Source: the human T2T-CHM13v2.0 reference genome, Homo sapiens
DNA length: 64,000 nucleotides
Assembly (NCBI RefSeq): GCF_009914755.1
Contig: NC_060940.1
Reading direction: 5' to 3' (one strand)
Below the pieces are notes generated by a model. The model was not told the origin of the DNA. It ran no database searches and saw only the letters and a program-made list of their open reading frames with translations. Positions within the stretch are counted from its first letter, which is position 1; each line of letters begins with the position of its first letter. Made by a program: the position numbers and the translations under genes. Positions 1-12,577 of this stretch are shown here, piece by piece.

Positions 1-2164
1 AAGCCCCTCGGGGGGATCCAAACAGTGTCTCCCCCACCCCGCTGACCCCTCAGTGTATGGGGAAACCGTGGCCCACGGAAGGCCTCACTGCCTGGGGTCA
101 CACAGCATCTGAGTCACTGCAGCAGCCTCACAGCTGCCAGCCCAGGCCCAGCCCCATCAGGAGACACCCAAAGCCACAGTGCATCCCAGGACCAGCTGGG
201 GGGGGCTGCGGGCAGGACTCTCGATGAGGCTGAGGGACGAGGAGGGTCAAGGGAGCCACTGGCGCCATGCATGCTGACGTCCCCTCTGGCTGCCTGCAGA
301 GCCTGGTGTGGAAGGGCTGAGTGGGGGATGGTGGAGAGTCCTGTTAACTGAGGTTTCTGCTCTGGGGATGTCTGGGCACCCATCAAGCTGGCCGCGTGCA
401 CAGGTGCAGGGAGAGCCAGAAAGCAGGAGCCGATGCAGGGAGGCCACTGGGGACAGCCCAGGCTGATGCTTGGGCCCCATGTGTCTCCACCACCTACAAC
501 CCTAAGCAAGCCTCAGCTTTCCCATCTGGAAATCAGGGGTCACAGCCGTGCCTGGCACAGTAGCAGCGGCTGACTCCATCACAGGGTGGTGTAGCCTGTG
601 GGTACTTGGCACTCTCTGAGGGGCAGGAGCTGGGGGGTGAAAGGACCCTAGAGCATATGCAACAAGAGGGCAGCCCTGGGGACACCTGGGGACAGAACCC
701 TCCAAAGGTGTCGAGTTTGGGAAGAGACTAGAGAGAAGCTCTGGCCAGTCCAGGCATAGACAGTGGCCACAGCCAGTGGAGAGCTGCATCCTCAGGTGTG
801 AGCAGCAACCACCTCTGTACTCAGGCCTGCCCTGCACACTCACAGGACCATGCTGGCAGGGACAACTGGCGGCGGAGTTGACTGCCAACCCCGGGGCCAG
901 AACCATCAAGCCTGGGCTCTGCTCCGCCCAAGGAACTGCCTGCTGCCGAGGTCAGCTGGAGCAAGGGGCCTCACCCCGGGACACCTTCCCAGACGTGTCC
1001 TCAGCTCACATGAGCCTCATCCCAGGGGGATGTGGCTCCTCCAGCATCCCCACCCACACGCTGCTCTCTGACCCTCAGTCTTCTGTTTGACTCCTAATCT
1101 GAAGCTCAATCCTAGATCTCCCTTGAGAAGGGGGTCACCAGCTGTCTGGCAGCCCAGCCTCCAGGTCTTCTGGATTAATGAAGGGAAAGTCACCTGGCCT
1201 CTCTGCCTTGTCTATTAATGGCATCATGCTGAGAATGATATTTGCTAGGCCCTTTGCAAACCCCAAAGTGCTCTTCAACCCTCCCAGTGAAGCCTCTTCT
1301 TTTCTGTGGAAGAAATGAGGTTCAGGGTGGAGCAGGGCAGGCCTGAGACCTTTGCAGGGTTCTCTCCAGGTCCCCAGCAGGACAGACTGGCACCCTGCCT
1401 CCCCTCATCACCCTAGACAAGGAGACAGAACAAGAGGTTCCCTGCTACAGGCCATCTGTGAGGGAAGCCGCCCTAGGGCCTGTAGACACAGGAATCCCTG
1501 AGGACCTGACCTGTGAGGGTAGTGCACAAAGGGGCCAGCACTTGGCGGGGGGGGGGGCACTGCCCCAAGGCTCAGCTAGCAAATGTGGCACAGGGGTCAC
1601 CAGAGCTAAACCCCTGACTCAGTTGGGTCTGACAGGGGCTGACATGGCAGACACACCCAGGAATCAGGGGACACCAAGTGCAGCTCAGGGCACCTGTCCA
1701 GGCCACACAGTCAGAAAGGGGATGGCAGCAAGGACTTAGCTACACTAGATTCTGGGGGTAAACTGCCTGGTATGCTGGTCACTGCTAGTCCCCAGTCTGG
1801 AGTCTAGCTGGGTCTCAGGAGTTAGGCGAAAACACCCTCCCCAGGCTGCAGGTGGGAGAGGCCCACATCCCCTGCACACGTCTGGCCAGAGGACAGATGG
1901 GCAGCCCAGTCACCAGTCAGAGCCCTCCAGAGGTGTCCCTGACTGACCCTACACACATGCACCCAGGTGCCCAGGCACCCTTGGGCTCAGCAACCCTGCA
2001 ACCCCCTCCCAGGACCCACCAGAAGCAGGATAGGACTAGAGAGGCCACAGGAGGGAAACCAAGTCAGAGCAGAAATGGCTTCGGTCCTCAGCAGCCTGGC
2101 TCAGCTTCCTCAAACCAGATCCTGACTGATCACACTGGTCTGTCTAACCCCTGGGAGGGGTCCT

Positions 2165-2230
2165 CTGTATCCATCTTACAGATAAGGAAACTGAGGCTCA
2201 GAGAAGCCCATCACTGCCTAAGGTCCCAGG
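2165..2230. mobile_element. MIR core fragment
   Basis: CCATCTTACAGATAAGGAAACTGAGGCTCAGAGA. Confidence 0.7.
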
Positions 2231-3559
2231 GCCTATAAGGGAGCTCAAAGCCTTGGGCCAGGTCTGCCCAGGAGCTGCAGTGGAAGGGACCCTGTCTGCA
2301 GACCCCCAGAAGACAAGGCAGACCACCTGGGTTCTTCAGCCTTGTGGCTGTGGACGGCTGTCAGACCCTTCTAAGACCCCTTGCCACCTGCTCCATCAGG
2401 GGCATCTCAGTTGAAGAAGGAAGGACTCACCCCCAAAATCGTCCAACTCAGAAAAAAAGGCAGAAGCCAAGGAATCCAATCACTGGGCAAAATGTGATCC
2501 TGGCACAGACACTGAGGTGGGGGAACTGGAGCCGGTGTGGCGGAGGCCCTCACAGCCAAGAGCAACTGGGGGTGCCCTGGGCAGGGACTGTAGCTGGGAA
2601 GATCCTAGGGGAGGGCCTGATGGTCCCTGAAAGGCAGGGGAGACCTGGACGACTCCCCCTAAACCAAGAGCGCACCCTAGAAAGTCAGCTCCCCAAGGTG
2701 GGGACCGGCCAGCTCATGAGGGGTGCTGGTTGAGGGGCCTGCTTGTGCAACGGAGGCCACCCAGCCAGTGAAAGCTACTTGGAAGGGCTGGGAAAGGGTC
2801 TGAGGCCCCTTCAATCTGGCACCACCAGACTCCCATGCACTCCATTTGCCCCTGCCCCATTCTCAGGAAAAGGGGCCCGGCTTGCCCAGAATGACCCCTG
2901 GTGGCAGGGGGCTCCGCCTCAGGGACCCCTTGAGCCCCAGCCAGCTGCTTGGTCCCCAGCTTCTGCCCACCCTTGGGGTCGGGGCTAGGAGGTTGGGGTT
3001 AGCTCCACAGGGGTGAGGAGAACCGAGCCTGGGACTGCCCAGGCATCTAGCTGGGTCAAACCTGAAAAGCCAGTTTCATCCTTGAATCTTCTCCCGGTCT
3101 CCAACAGGAAGTCCCGTTGGCGGGTGGGAGTTCCCAGGATAGGAGAAGGGCCTCCAGACCTAGGCCCCACCCACCGGGACAGACACACACATTCACCATC
3201 TCAAGCGGCACACACAGAAGAAACTCTGGTCAGGACCACCTCGGTCGGAAGCAGGCCCTGGGGGGCCAGGGAAGATCCCCTGCCCATTCCCCGCCCAGCC
3301 CCACAAACATGCCCCCAGCATGACAGACAACCAGGCCCTCTGCCAATGCCCTGAGCATCTGGGGTCTGGCTGTCACCCCAGCCGGGAGAAGGCCTGTCCC
3401 CGTTGGCCTCTGCGCACAGAGTGAGAGTCTGTCTTCGGGAGTCGCTCCCAGCCCACCCTGGAGCTTCGAAGTGTACAGATGGGGGAGTCAGTGTCGTGGG
3501 GCAGAAGGCGGAGTCAGTCCCCCACCCCCAGCTCCACGGCTCCTGCTATTCCCATCGGT

Positions 3560-4430
3560 GAGGGCAGCCGGGACAGGGACCATCCCGCCCTGGGCTGGAG
3601 TTTCAGCTCGGAGACACCACCCGCCGGTCGTGGCCGGGAAGGAAAATGCAGCGGGGGGAGTTCAGAGGAACCTGGGGCACCCCCGGACTCTAGACTCCCG
3701 CTCCTGGGACCCTCAGCTGTTGGGCGGGGGCTGGAGCCGAGCTGTCCGGCCCGGCCAGGCCGCTGGGGCTGCTAATCCGGCCACGGGCTATTTTTGCGGC
3801 GCGCCGGGCTAGGAATCCGGGGCTGGGCCGCCTCCGCGGGCGACTCGGGAAACTCCAGGAAGAAAAGCCCGGCCGCCCCGGCGGGGCCTCGCCGCGACCC
3901 CTCCCCGGCCCCGGCCCCGGCCCCGACACGACCCCGGCCGCTCTGAGCAGCTCCGGCCCCGGGTGCTGAGGACTCGCCCCGCGCTCCGCGGACGCAGCCC
4001 CGGAACCCGCCCGCCCCCGGAGCCCTGCGCTCCCGGCCGCGCTCACTCACTGCCGCCGCCGGGGGTCTCTGGGGGGTCCTGAGGGCGCCGGGGAGGAGGG
4101 GCTGCCGCCGCTGGCCGGGAGGGCGCCCGCGCCGAGTCCCCGCCCGCCCGCCGGTCCGGCCCGCCCGGGAATGCCCTGGAGCGAGGGGCGTGCGCGCCGG
4201 GGGCGGGCCCGGCCGGAGCGGGGCGGTCGCGCTGACTCAGAGCTCAGGAATGCGCGCCGCCCGCCTGCCCGGCCCAAGTCACCTCCTCCCGGAAGGCCGC
4301 CGGGCTCCCTTCTCCCCAGGGTCCGCCCGCGGGGACACCTGGGGCTGGGGTCTCCAGCGCCTCGGCCCGACGGAGGACCTGGTGGGAGCGGACGGCAGTG
4401 TCAGCGCTGGGCGGCTCCGCCTCTCCCTGG
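3560..4430. promoter_or_regulatory. CpG island / RHBDF1 promoter
   Basis: Very GC- and CpG-dense, with multiple GGGCGG boxes. Confidence 0.85.
4051..4230 (-). other. RHBDF1: Non-coding first exon of RHBDF1 (iRhom1); bases 1-4050 would be intron 1
   Basis: Minus-strand donor GCA|GTGAGT at 4051/4050 inside a CpG island. Gene identity comes from the established RHBDF1-MPG-NPRL3 order, not from coding sequence. TSS end is approximate. Confidence 0.7.
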
Positions 4431-4589
4431 CTCCAGATTGAGGCTTGAGCTGTCCTGCCCTGATTTGTGCTGAGAAGAGGGTGAGGAGGGAGAGCAGGCA
4501 CGGGGTAAAGGGCGGAGGATGGGTGTGTATCCCTGGCTCCCCTAAACCCGACCTCCTCCAGAGGCCCACGCTGACAAGTCCTGTATCCC

Positions 4590-4810
4590 ACACTCACCCA
4601 ATCCCACTAAGCACTCACATTCCCTCACACACATTCATGTGCACCGATCACTCACAATCATACACACACGTCCCCACATCCTTCCACTTCATGCGTTCAT
4701 TCGCCTGCACATGCACGTGCTCACATGCACCCACCTACTCATGTACATCTTTCATGGGTACATACACGTGCACACACACACGTGTACACACCGATGCACA
4801 CACTCAGTTC
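4590..4810. repeat. Degenerate (CA/TACA)n low-complexity tract
   Basis: cacacacgtgtacacac-type alternating purine/pyrimidine sequence. Confidence 0.7.
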
Positions 4811-6207
4811 AGGACCACAGTCATTACCCCTCCCCCTGCCCTGTGCCCCTACCCCCAGAAGCCCCGCTCCACCAGCAGGCACTCAGGCCAGGCTGCACCG
4901 GCCCCACCCGAAGCCACTCAGCAGAGGCAGCGCAGTGTCTGGTGTCCACTCTGGGCTCTTCTCACTGTCTCAGAGCTCAGCGGCCACCCCGGGGTGGGCT
5001 CATATCCCTGCACAATCTGGGCTGGACTCAAAATGGCACTCTGCTTTCCGCTGGGGCTGCTGGTGAGAGTTTCCCAGCATTTCTCTCCTGACACTGGGTG
5101 GGCTGACCCTCCCAGGGTGGGGGACAGGGGTGCCAACAGCAGAGTACGGGCAGGGCTGTCCAGGAGCTCTGAGTGGTGGGTGGCCAAGGCTTCCTCTGGA
5201 TAGAGGGTGCAGGGATCCCTTCGTCCCATGGGTCCCTAAGGACCCCTCTACAGGGTGCCCCCCCATGCCTCGGACAAATGTGTCTTCAGGCCCTGTGCTG
5301 GTCACAAGGTGCTGCTGCTTCAGTGCCATCCTCTGGGTCTGGGTGGCACCAGCCCTCTCCAAACTGAGCTGTTGCACTTGAGGGCCCGACGCAGACAATG
5401 GCCTGCTCCTTGGCTAGACAGAAAAGGGGAGAATTTGAACTTAAGGTGCTGGTACACTTACCGGTAGATCCCAGAGCCTGGGCAAGATTCCCCTGCCCAT
5501 ATCCTTGTCCATGCCACGGGATAGGGCGGTGCCTGCACATAATGGGTGCTCTCTGAACACAAGCAATATCAACACAATTCTCATGTAGAAGGAGACAATG
5601 GAAGCTTTGGAGGGGGTGGAGGGTAACTCCACCAGGGGATGACTGCCAGTGCATCACGGACACCGGGTGAGAGGGAGCCTGCCCCGGTGCCAACACTCAG
5701 TGCTCCCATAGCCTGCACGTGCCACCCCTCCCATGCCAGGCTCACAGCCAGAGACAGGACAGTCTCCATGCTTAGCATTATTGACCCTGCCAGGGATAAG
5801 CAAGCCCTATCGGGCCTGGATGCCCAGACTAGGCTGGCAGGGCCAGAAGTGGTGTCCTCTCTGGAAAGCTGGGGACTGGGCTTGCCTCCAAAGCATGCCA
5901 CAGCTGGGCATCTGGTGTCAGCAGGTCTCCTCCTGCAGTGGACTCTGTCAGACCCCACCTAGACCCGCTCCAAGACCCAGACACTCATCGCCAGCTGCCA
6001 GGAGCACCAGTCACAGCCGGCTCAGAGCTGAAACCCCCCGCACCCAGGAGTCACCTTCAGTGGGGAGCATGCCCCAGTCTGCCTCTGCAGGCAAATCCCC
6101 AGCTCAGAGCCTGTGTCCAGGAATCCCCAGGCTCTCAGCCCACCCTGGCCTCCTGAGTGAGGTCATCAGAAGGATGATCAGAGGGGGGTCGATACACGTG
6201 TGCTCAG

Positions 6208-6572
6208 TGTCAGGCCTCTGAGCCCAAGCCTGCACGTATACATCCAGATGAAGCAAGTGAAGAATCACAAAAGAAGTGAAAATGGCCGGTTCCTGCCTTA
6301 ACTGATGACATTACCTTGTGAAATTCCTTCTCCTGGCTCAGAAGCTCCCCCACTGAGCACCTTGTGACCCCCACTCCTCCCCGCCACAGAACAACCCCCT
6401 TTGACTGTAATTTTCCACTGCCCGCCCAAACCCTATAAAACGGTCCCACCCCATCTCCCTTCCCTGACTCTCTTTTCTTCGGACTCAGCCCGCCTGCACC
6501 CAGGTGAAATAAACAGCCTTGTTGCTCACACAAAGCCTGCTTGGTGGTCTCTTCACACGGACGCGCACGAAA
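6208..6572 (+). mobile_element. Solo LTR7-family (HERV-H) LTR
   Basis: Starts TGTCAGGCCTCTGAGCCCAAGC, ends CACACGGACGCGCACGAAA. TATAAAA near 6434, AATAAA near 6508. 5-bp target-site duplication CTCAG at 6203-6207 and 6573-6577. Confidence 0.9.
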
Positions 6573-8989
6573 CTCAGGATTGTACCCAGTCCACATAGAC
6601 AAGTGTGTGCACATATGTGTGCTCTGCCTCCTGCCTGCCCTACTACTCTCTGTCCTGGTGGAGGAGCCCCCTATACGGAAACCCAGCTCCCGGCCCCTCT
6701 CTTCCCGCGTCATGCACCCTGGAGAAATGGAAATCAGCTGCAGTTGCCCAGCACTCCCGGGGCTGGTGGGCAGGCGTCTGAGAATGGGTTAGGGTTAGGG
6801 TCTAGACCAAACCCAGGGTTTGTGGCCCTCACACCAGGACACGAGGGAATGGGAGCCCTGACCAGTAAGAGGAGTGTTCCCAACAGGTACCCCAGAATCC
6901 TCTGCTACCCCAGAATCCTCAGCTCAGCTTCTAGGCCACAAGTAATCACCCAAGGGGTCAGACCCTGGGCTTTGGGGAGTCCCTGGAAGGATCAGAAGAA
7001 ACCGCCTGGGGAGCAGGGCTCCAGGGATGGGCCCATGACCAGCTCCTGGCTATTTGGGGAAGAGGCAGAAGGGGGCCAGGCCAGCCAGTGGCCTGAAGTC
7101 ATAGGCTATTTCTGAGGCAGCTGCCCCCTCCCCATATCCCAGGGTTTGGCAAGGGGTTCCCATAAGCACCTGGGCCCAGGGCCTGGCAGCACAGCCCCAG
7201 GCAGGGAGGATGTAGCTCACACACACCCAACCTCGGCCTGCCCAGTGGCTGCCTTCTCTGCCCAAGGAAGCTTTGGCCCTCCAGGGCTCATCAGACACAG
7301 ACGGCCGCAGAGACCAGTCAAGAGGCCAGCAGCCACCCTGCTGGGAAGCTGCCAGCTCAAAGCTGTGTAGAGGAGTCCATGGGCTCTGACCTGACACCCA
7401 CCTCAACAGCTGTCAGCACCCCCCTCCATCAGAGAGAAGACGGAGCCAGTGTGCTGGGCACCCTGGGGTCATAAGGCTGATACTAGAACCCTGGCCCCTG
7501 TAGCCAATACAGCCACATCTCTCAAAGACTTGTTTATAAAGGCTCCAGCGACTGATGGCCACACCTCCTACAGCTGGAGGCAGCTCCAGCCCCTCCACAG
7601 CCTGTGGCCTATTGTGGAGGTCGGGGGTCAGGGCTGCTCACCCCAGCACCAATACTAGCCTTCACTCCTTTCAAAGCCTCAAGGGTGTTCTCATCTCCAT
7701 CTTCCACTGATATCCTTGCCTCCTCCAACAAGCCTGTTCCAGCCCAGCAGTGGGACAAACTGGGGACAGAGGAAGCCCCAGGCCCCCTCCTCTCACCTGG
7801 CACCACTTTCTCTTGTCCTGGACCAGCCCGCCAGCCCACTCTGCAGGCCACAGTTGGAACTCTCATCCCACCGCTTCCAGCCTGTGGTGGGAGCATGAGA
7901 CCACAAACCAGGAAGTGGGGGGGGGGAGTGCCCAGAGATTGCGCAACCCCCAGCACTCAGTCCAGAACATCTGGAGAAGTTGGTTGCTGGCGCCCCGGTG
8001 CCGGCCTCTCCACCTCCTGGGGCAGGGGCCAATCTGCTCTCCAAGTGATTCTCTTTCCTCATAAGAAAGGTGGGGATAAAAACACCCCTCTGGGAGCCTC
8101 TGGACTCCCCGTGAGTTCTGCAAGGACCATGTATCACTTGTAACATCAGAATAAATATAAGTACAAAGTAACACCCATCCTCTCCCTGCCCATCAAGAGG
8201 ACAAAGGCTCAACTGGGGCCTCAGTTTCCCTACTAGACTGAGGGGGAGCACTCGGGGGGATGGGGGGCTGTTCCCACAGGAAGGAGAGACTCATTGTTTG
8301 GGAGGCATGGCTGCAGATAAGCAGGGAGGGTGTGGAATCACATCCAGGGCTGCTTTATAAACACGGATTGATGACACATTATGCCCCCACCCCGGGAAGC
8401 GGCACACAGTGCTACAAACAGCTGGTGGCTTCCAGCCGGCTGATGGCCCCTCCCTCCCCAGGAAGTCCTGGCTGGGGCCCATGGGGGTGGGACGGCTGGT
8501 CAGAGGAGGAGAGGCAGTTGGAGACCAGGGTCCTGCCCTGTTAGCCTTTCTGTAGGACCAGGTGTCACACTCATCTGAGGGCTCCAGACACATGGCCTGT
8601 GCGTCTGTCCTGCCCAGCGTCTCCCACCTGACGCGGCCAGGTGCCCAGTTGCTCTTCAAGGCCTTTTCAGGTGCTCCTTTCCAGGACCAGGGTCACAGAA
8701 GTCAAAGCTCAGGAAAAGCCCCTCGAGGGTTTTTGTGCGGCAGAGGTGGGTTGTGGGGTGGGATTGTGCCTGCCATAGTGGAGGGGCCCTGCAGACCCAG
8801 ATAAACCTTCAAGTGGCCAGAAGCGGGGGATGGCTCTGCTGGGTGCTGGGGCTGCCATGGGCCGTGGGAGCCAGCAGTGTGCCCAGCTCCCTCAGGGCCC
8901 GTCCCCTAGGCCCTTCCGTCCACTGGGCCAAGCACCGTCCCTGCCCCTCCCTAGGGGCATGGATCTGACTTGAGAGGTTGTGAGAGCTT

Positions 8990-10270
8990 ACAGGCGCTGG
9001 GCCGTCGGGGAGGCCTCAGAAGCGTAGGACGGCTGCGCACTGCCGGGCCGTGTTCAGCCCTGGTCTGGCCTCGGCCTCTAGAGGAGGCTGCCTGCGCTCC
9101 AGCAGGCCCAACCCAGAACGTGCGCGAGCTCCCTTCAGCATCCCTGGGCGGAAAGAGGGATGGGGGCTCTGCTGCAGAGGCAGAATCCGCGCCGCTCCCT
9201 CCTTCCTTCCCCCGACCAGCCTGTGACAACCCCGGCCAGGGGCGGGGGCCTCCGCACAAGCCTGGCGTCCACTTCCTGGATAAGGACTCCCCGGCCCACT
9301 CCGGACCAGGGCTGGGGCGGCCTCCCAGGCGCTCACTCCGCTGGCACCCCACCGGAAAACACGTCTGCGGCCCGCCCCCTCCCCCAAAGCACGACCACTC
9401 CGCCCGGGCCCCTCGAGGATCCACTCAGGTTCACGACGGGCCCGTCCTCTCGGTGGTCTGACCACCGGCTGGTGGAGTGGGCTCTGGGGCCGCCAGGCGA
9501 CCAGGGCGCAGGCGGGGGCGGACAGCTCATTGGGAGGGGCGCCGGGGCACAGTGCGGGGCTCGCCCCACCCCCAGGTGCCCCTTCCCCGCTCTCGCCTCG
9601 CAGGCACCGCATCGGGCCCGGGAATCGGTCCGGACCTGGCGGTGGGCGCTGGGAAGAGGATCCACCTCCACGTGGCCCGCCCCGCCCCGGGGGCGCAGCC
9701 AGTTCCCGGCGCTCACTGCCCCCCCTCTCCCGGCTTCCGTCCCCTTCTGCGCAGGCGCCGCTCCGCCCCGGTCCTAGGGGTGCTTCCGTGGTCGGCGGCT
9801 GCTGGGCTCCGCGCCGGGGTCCGAGTCCCACGAAGCCCCGGCCCGAGCCGCCGGATGCCCGCGCGCAGCGGGGCCCAGGTGAGCGCGCGCCTCGGCCGCC
9901 CCGCGGAACAGACGCGCCCACCCCCAGGCGCAGCAGCGAGCGCGGCCGCGGGAGCGGGAGTGCCGGGGACGGGCGTAGCGCCCACCGCCCCGAGGGTTCG
10001 GGGCAGAGCCAGAGCATAGGCCAAGGGCCAAGCTCGGGCCGAGAGCAGTGGCCGCAGCGCCCGGGGGCTGAACCCACGGCGCGCTGGCAGCGCGGGCCGA
10101 GCTGCGGAGACGGTCACGTCAGCGTCCGTTCCAGGCCGACTGGCAGTCTCCGTTCTACATTAACGTCAGCACTCCCGTTAAAAATAATGCATCTCTCCCA
10201 TGCCAGGAGGACTTAGGTGCTGCTAAAGACCAGCCCTCCGGGTGCTGCCAGGCCGGCGCTCACCCGCCAC
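8990..10270. promoter_or_regulatory. CpG island / MPG housekeeping promoter
   Basis: CpG-dense. CACGTG 9669-9674, NRF1-type TGCGCAGGCGC 9748-9758, ETS-type CTTCCG motifs near 9734 and 9783, GC boxes, CRE-like GTCACGTCA near 10112. Confidence 0.85.
9855..9878 (+). CDS. MPG: MPG alternative coding exon 1a (MPARSGAQ; 293-aa isoform)
   Basis: ATG CCC GCG CGC AGC GGG GCC CAG|GTGAGC; phase 0 joins exon 2. Confidence 0.9.
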
Positions 10271-10837
10271 CTTCATCTTCCCTTCTCCTTTGCCCCAGGA
10301 CAGCCGAGGATGTGTGGTTAGGTTCCCCCTACCCATGGGGAGGCCAGAGGTGGGAGGCTGGCGGCCTGCTCGGTCTCAGCAGACCCTCCTAGTCCCTCAG
10401 GAGACCTTGCCTTTGCCCCACTTGCTCGTTATCCAGCCTGGGCCATGAAGCAGAGGACAGTTAGGGACCCTGAGCACGCGGTGGTCACCCCGGTGCTCAT
10501 CCCTCCCTGTGTGTCCGACCTTGGCCCTGCTAAGATCCTGTGTTTTGAATTCTGGCAAGGGTTGGATGAAAGGGCAGGGCTCCAGAAACCAGCTCAGACG
10601 TTTGCTTGGGACCTGCATGATGAGTGGGAATCGGAGGGCACCAGCCCTGCTGTCCCAGGCTCAGGCCCCCATCTGCTCCCCAGGTCATGCAGCCTGGGCC
10701 CCCATGCCGTGCAGCTCGCACATATGTGGGGCAGAGCAGCCACCCTGCCCCCAGCAGCAGCCGTCCATCGTCAGACGTGATCATTTCCTGAGGCCTCGAG
10801 TGTGTCAGGGTGTTTGTGCCTCATAACAACCCACAGG

Positions 10838-10876
10838 ATGGTCACCCCCGCTTTGCAGATGAAGAAACCAAAGCAG
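10838..10876 (+). CDS. MPG: MPG alternative coding exon 1b (MVTPALQMKKPKQ; 298-aa isoform)
   Basis: ATG at 10838, CAG|GTGGTC donor. Matches the known N-terminus of human MPG/AAG; 39+276+205+377=897 nt = 298 aa + stop. Confidence 0.9.
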
Positions 10877-10969
10877 GTGGTCAGATCCAGTCCTTGCACT
10901 TCCTGAGCCTGACCTTACCACACAGCTGTCTCCTATTCGGATGCTTATTTATTTTTTTTCCCATTACAG

Positions 10970-11245
10970 TTTTGCCGACGGATGGGGCAAAAGAAGCAGC
11001 GACCAGCTAGAGCAGGGCAGCCACACAGCTCGTCCGACGCAGCCCAGGCACCTGCAGAGCAGCCACACAGCTCGTCCGATGCAGCCCAGGCACCTTGCCC
11101 CAGGGAGCGCTGCTTGGGACCGCCCACCACTCCGGGCCCATACCGCAGCATCTATTTCTCAAGCCCAAAGGGCCACCTTACCCGACTGGGGTTGGAGTTC
11201 TTCGACCAGCCGGCAGTCCCCCTGGCCCGGGCATTTCTGGGACAG
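10970..11245 (+). CDS. MPG: MPG exon 2 (FCRRMGQKKQ...ARAFLGQ)
   Basis: TTACAG| acceptor, CAG|GTAATG donor, 276 nt. Internal ATG at 10982 would give a 281-aa form. Confidence 0.96.
11012..11095 (+). repeat. 42-bp coding tandem duplication in MPG exon 2 (QPHSSSDAAQAP x2)
   Basis: GCAGCCACACAGCTCGTCCGAYGCAGCCCAGGCACCT occurs twice with period 42. Confidence 0.9.
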
Positions 11246-12073
11246 GTAATGTGAACATAGCAGCGAGGGCCCTCCTGAAGTGCCTGTCACTGCAGTTGTC
11301 CCTGAACCCCTGTCCGCTGCCTGCTGGATTGGCCCTCAGTTAGTCCTCCTTGTCCTCATGCATTTAGCGGCTTTGCTCACACTGGTCCCTGCTTAGCTTC
11401 ATCTCAGTTGCCTGAGGTCATCTGGGAAGAATGTAGAGATTGTCAGTGCTGCTTGCCCAGGGTGGAGCAGGGGTGCCACTGTCTGCCCCCGGCTCTGGGC
11501 ATCTAGGGCAGGAGCACTTGCACCGTTAGCCTTCCTCACCGGCAATCCACCTCAGTTTTTCCACACGTGGGAACTGTGGCTGTGGCCAGTGTCGGGCTGC
11601 CCCTTCCCGCTGTAGTGGCTCACAGTGCAGTGCTGGCTTCCCAGGGCCCCTGCAGCTTAATGTAGGTCAAGGATCTGGGCTCTGCCAATCAGACTTGGAG
11701 TAAGAAGCAGGGACTGCCCAGGTCCCATCCTGGTGGGGCCTACGGTGCAGCCTGTCCCCACGAGCAGATGCTCACACAGCCGTGGCATCTTGGCTGGATC
11801 TGTTGGGAGCGAGGTGGTGGCGGTGGTCCTCGATGCCAAAGCCCCAGGCCTGCCTTTCTGGTTCTCCAGAGGCTCCAAGGCCTTCCCTTTGTCCTTTAAT
11901 GAGCCTACTTTTAGGTTATAATCACCAAGAAGAACCAGAAGAGAAATACCAGTGCCAGGAGTTGGGTGCTAAAGGAGCAGACCCTAGAATGTGGGCTCGA
12001 CCTCATGGAGAACAGAGAACATTCTGTCCCCATGCGGATCCTTCTAAAAGCACCTTAAGTAATGGGCATTTGT

Positions 12074-12577
<504 letters not shown>

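Noticed and set aside
4445-5203. 252-aa His/Thr-rich ORF
   Set aside because: Runs through a CA-rich low-complexity tract, has a non-ATG start and no recognisable domain.
9016-10216. Long overlapping ORFs (up to 353 aa) and similar ones at 3471-4597
   Set aside because: CpG islands are depleted of stop codons; the products are low-complexity Gly/Pro/Arg/Ala on both strands.
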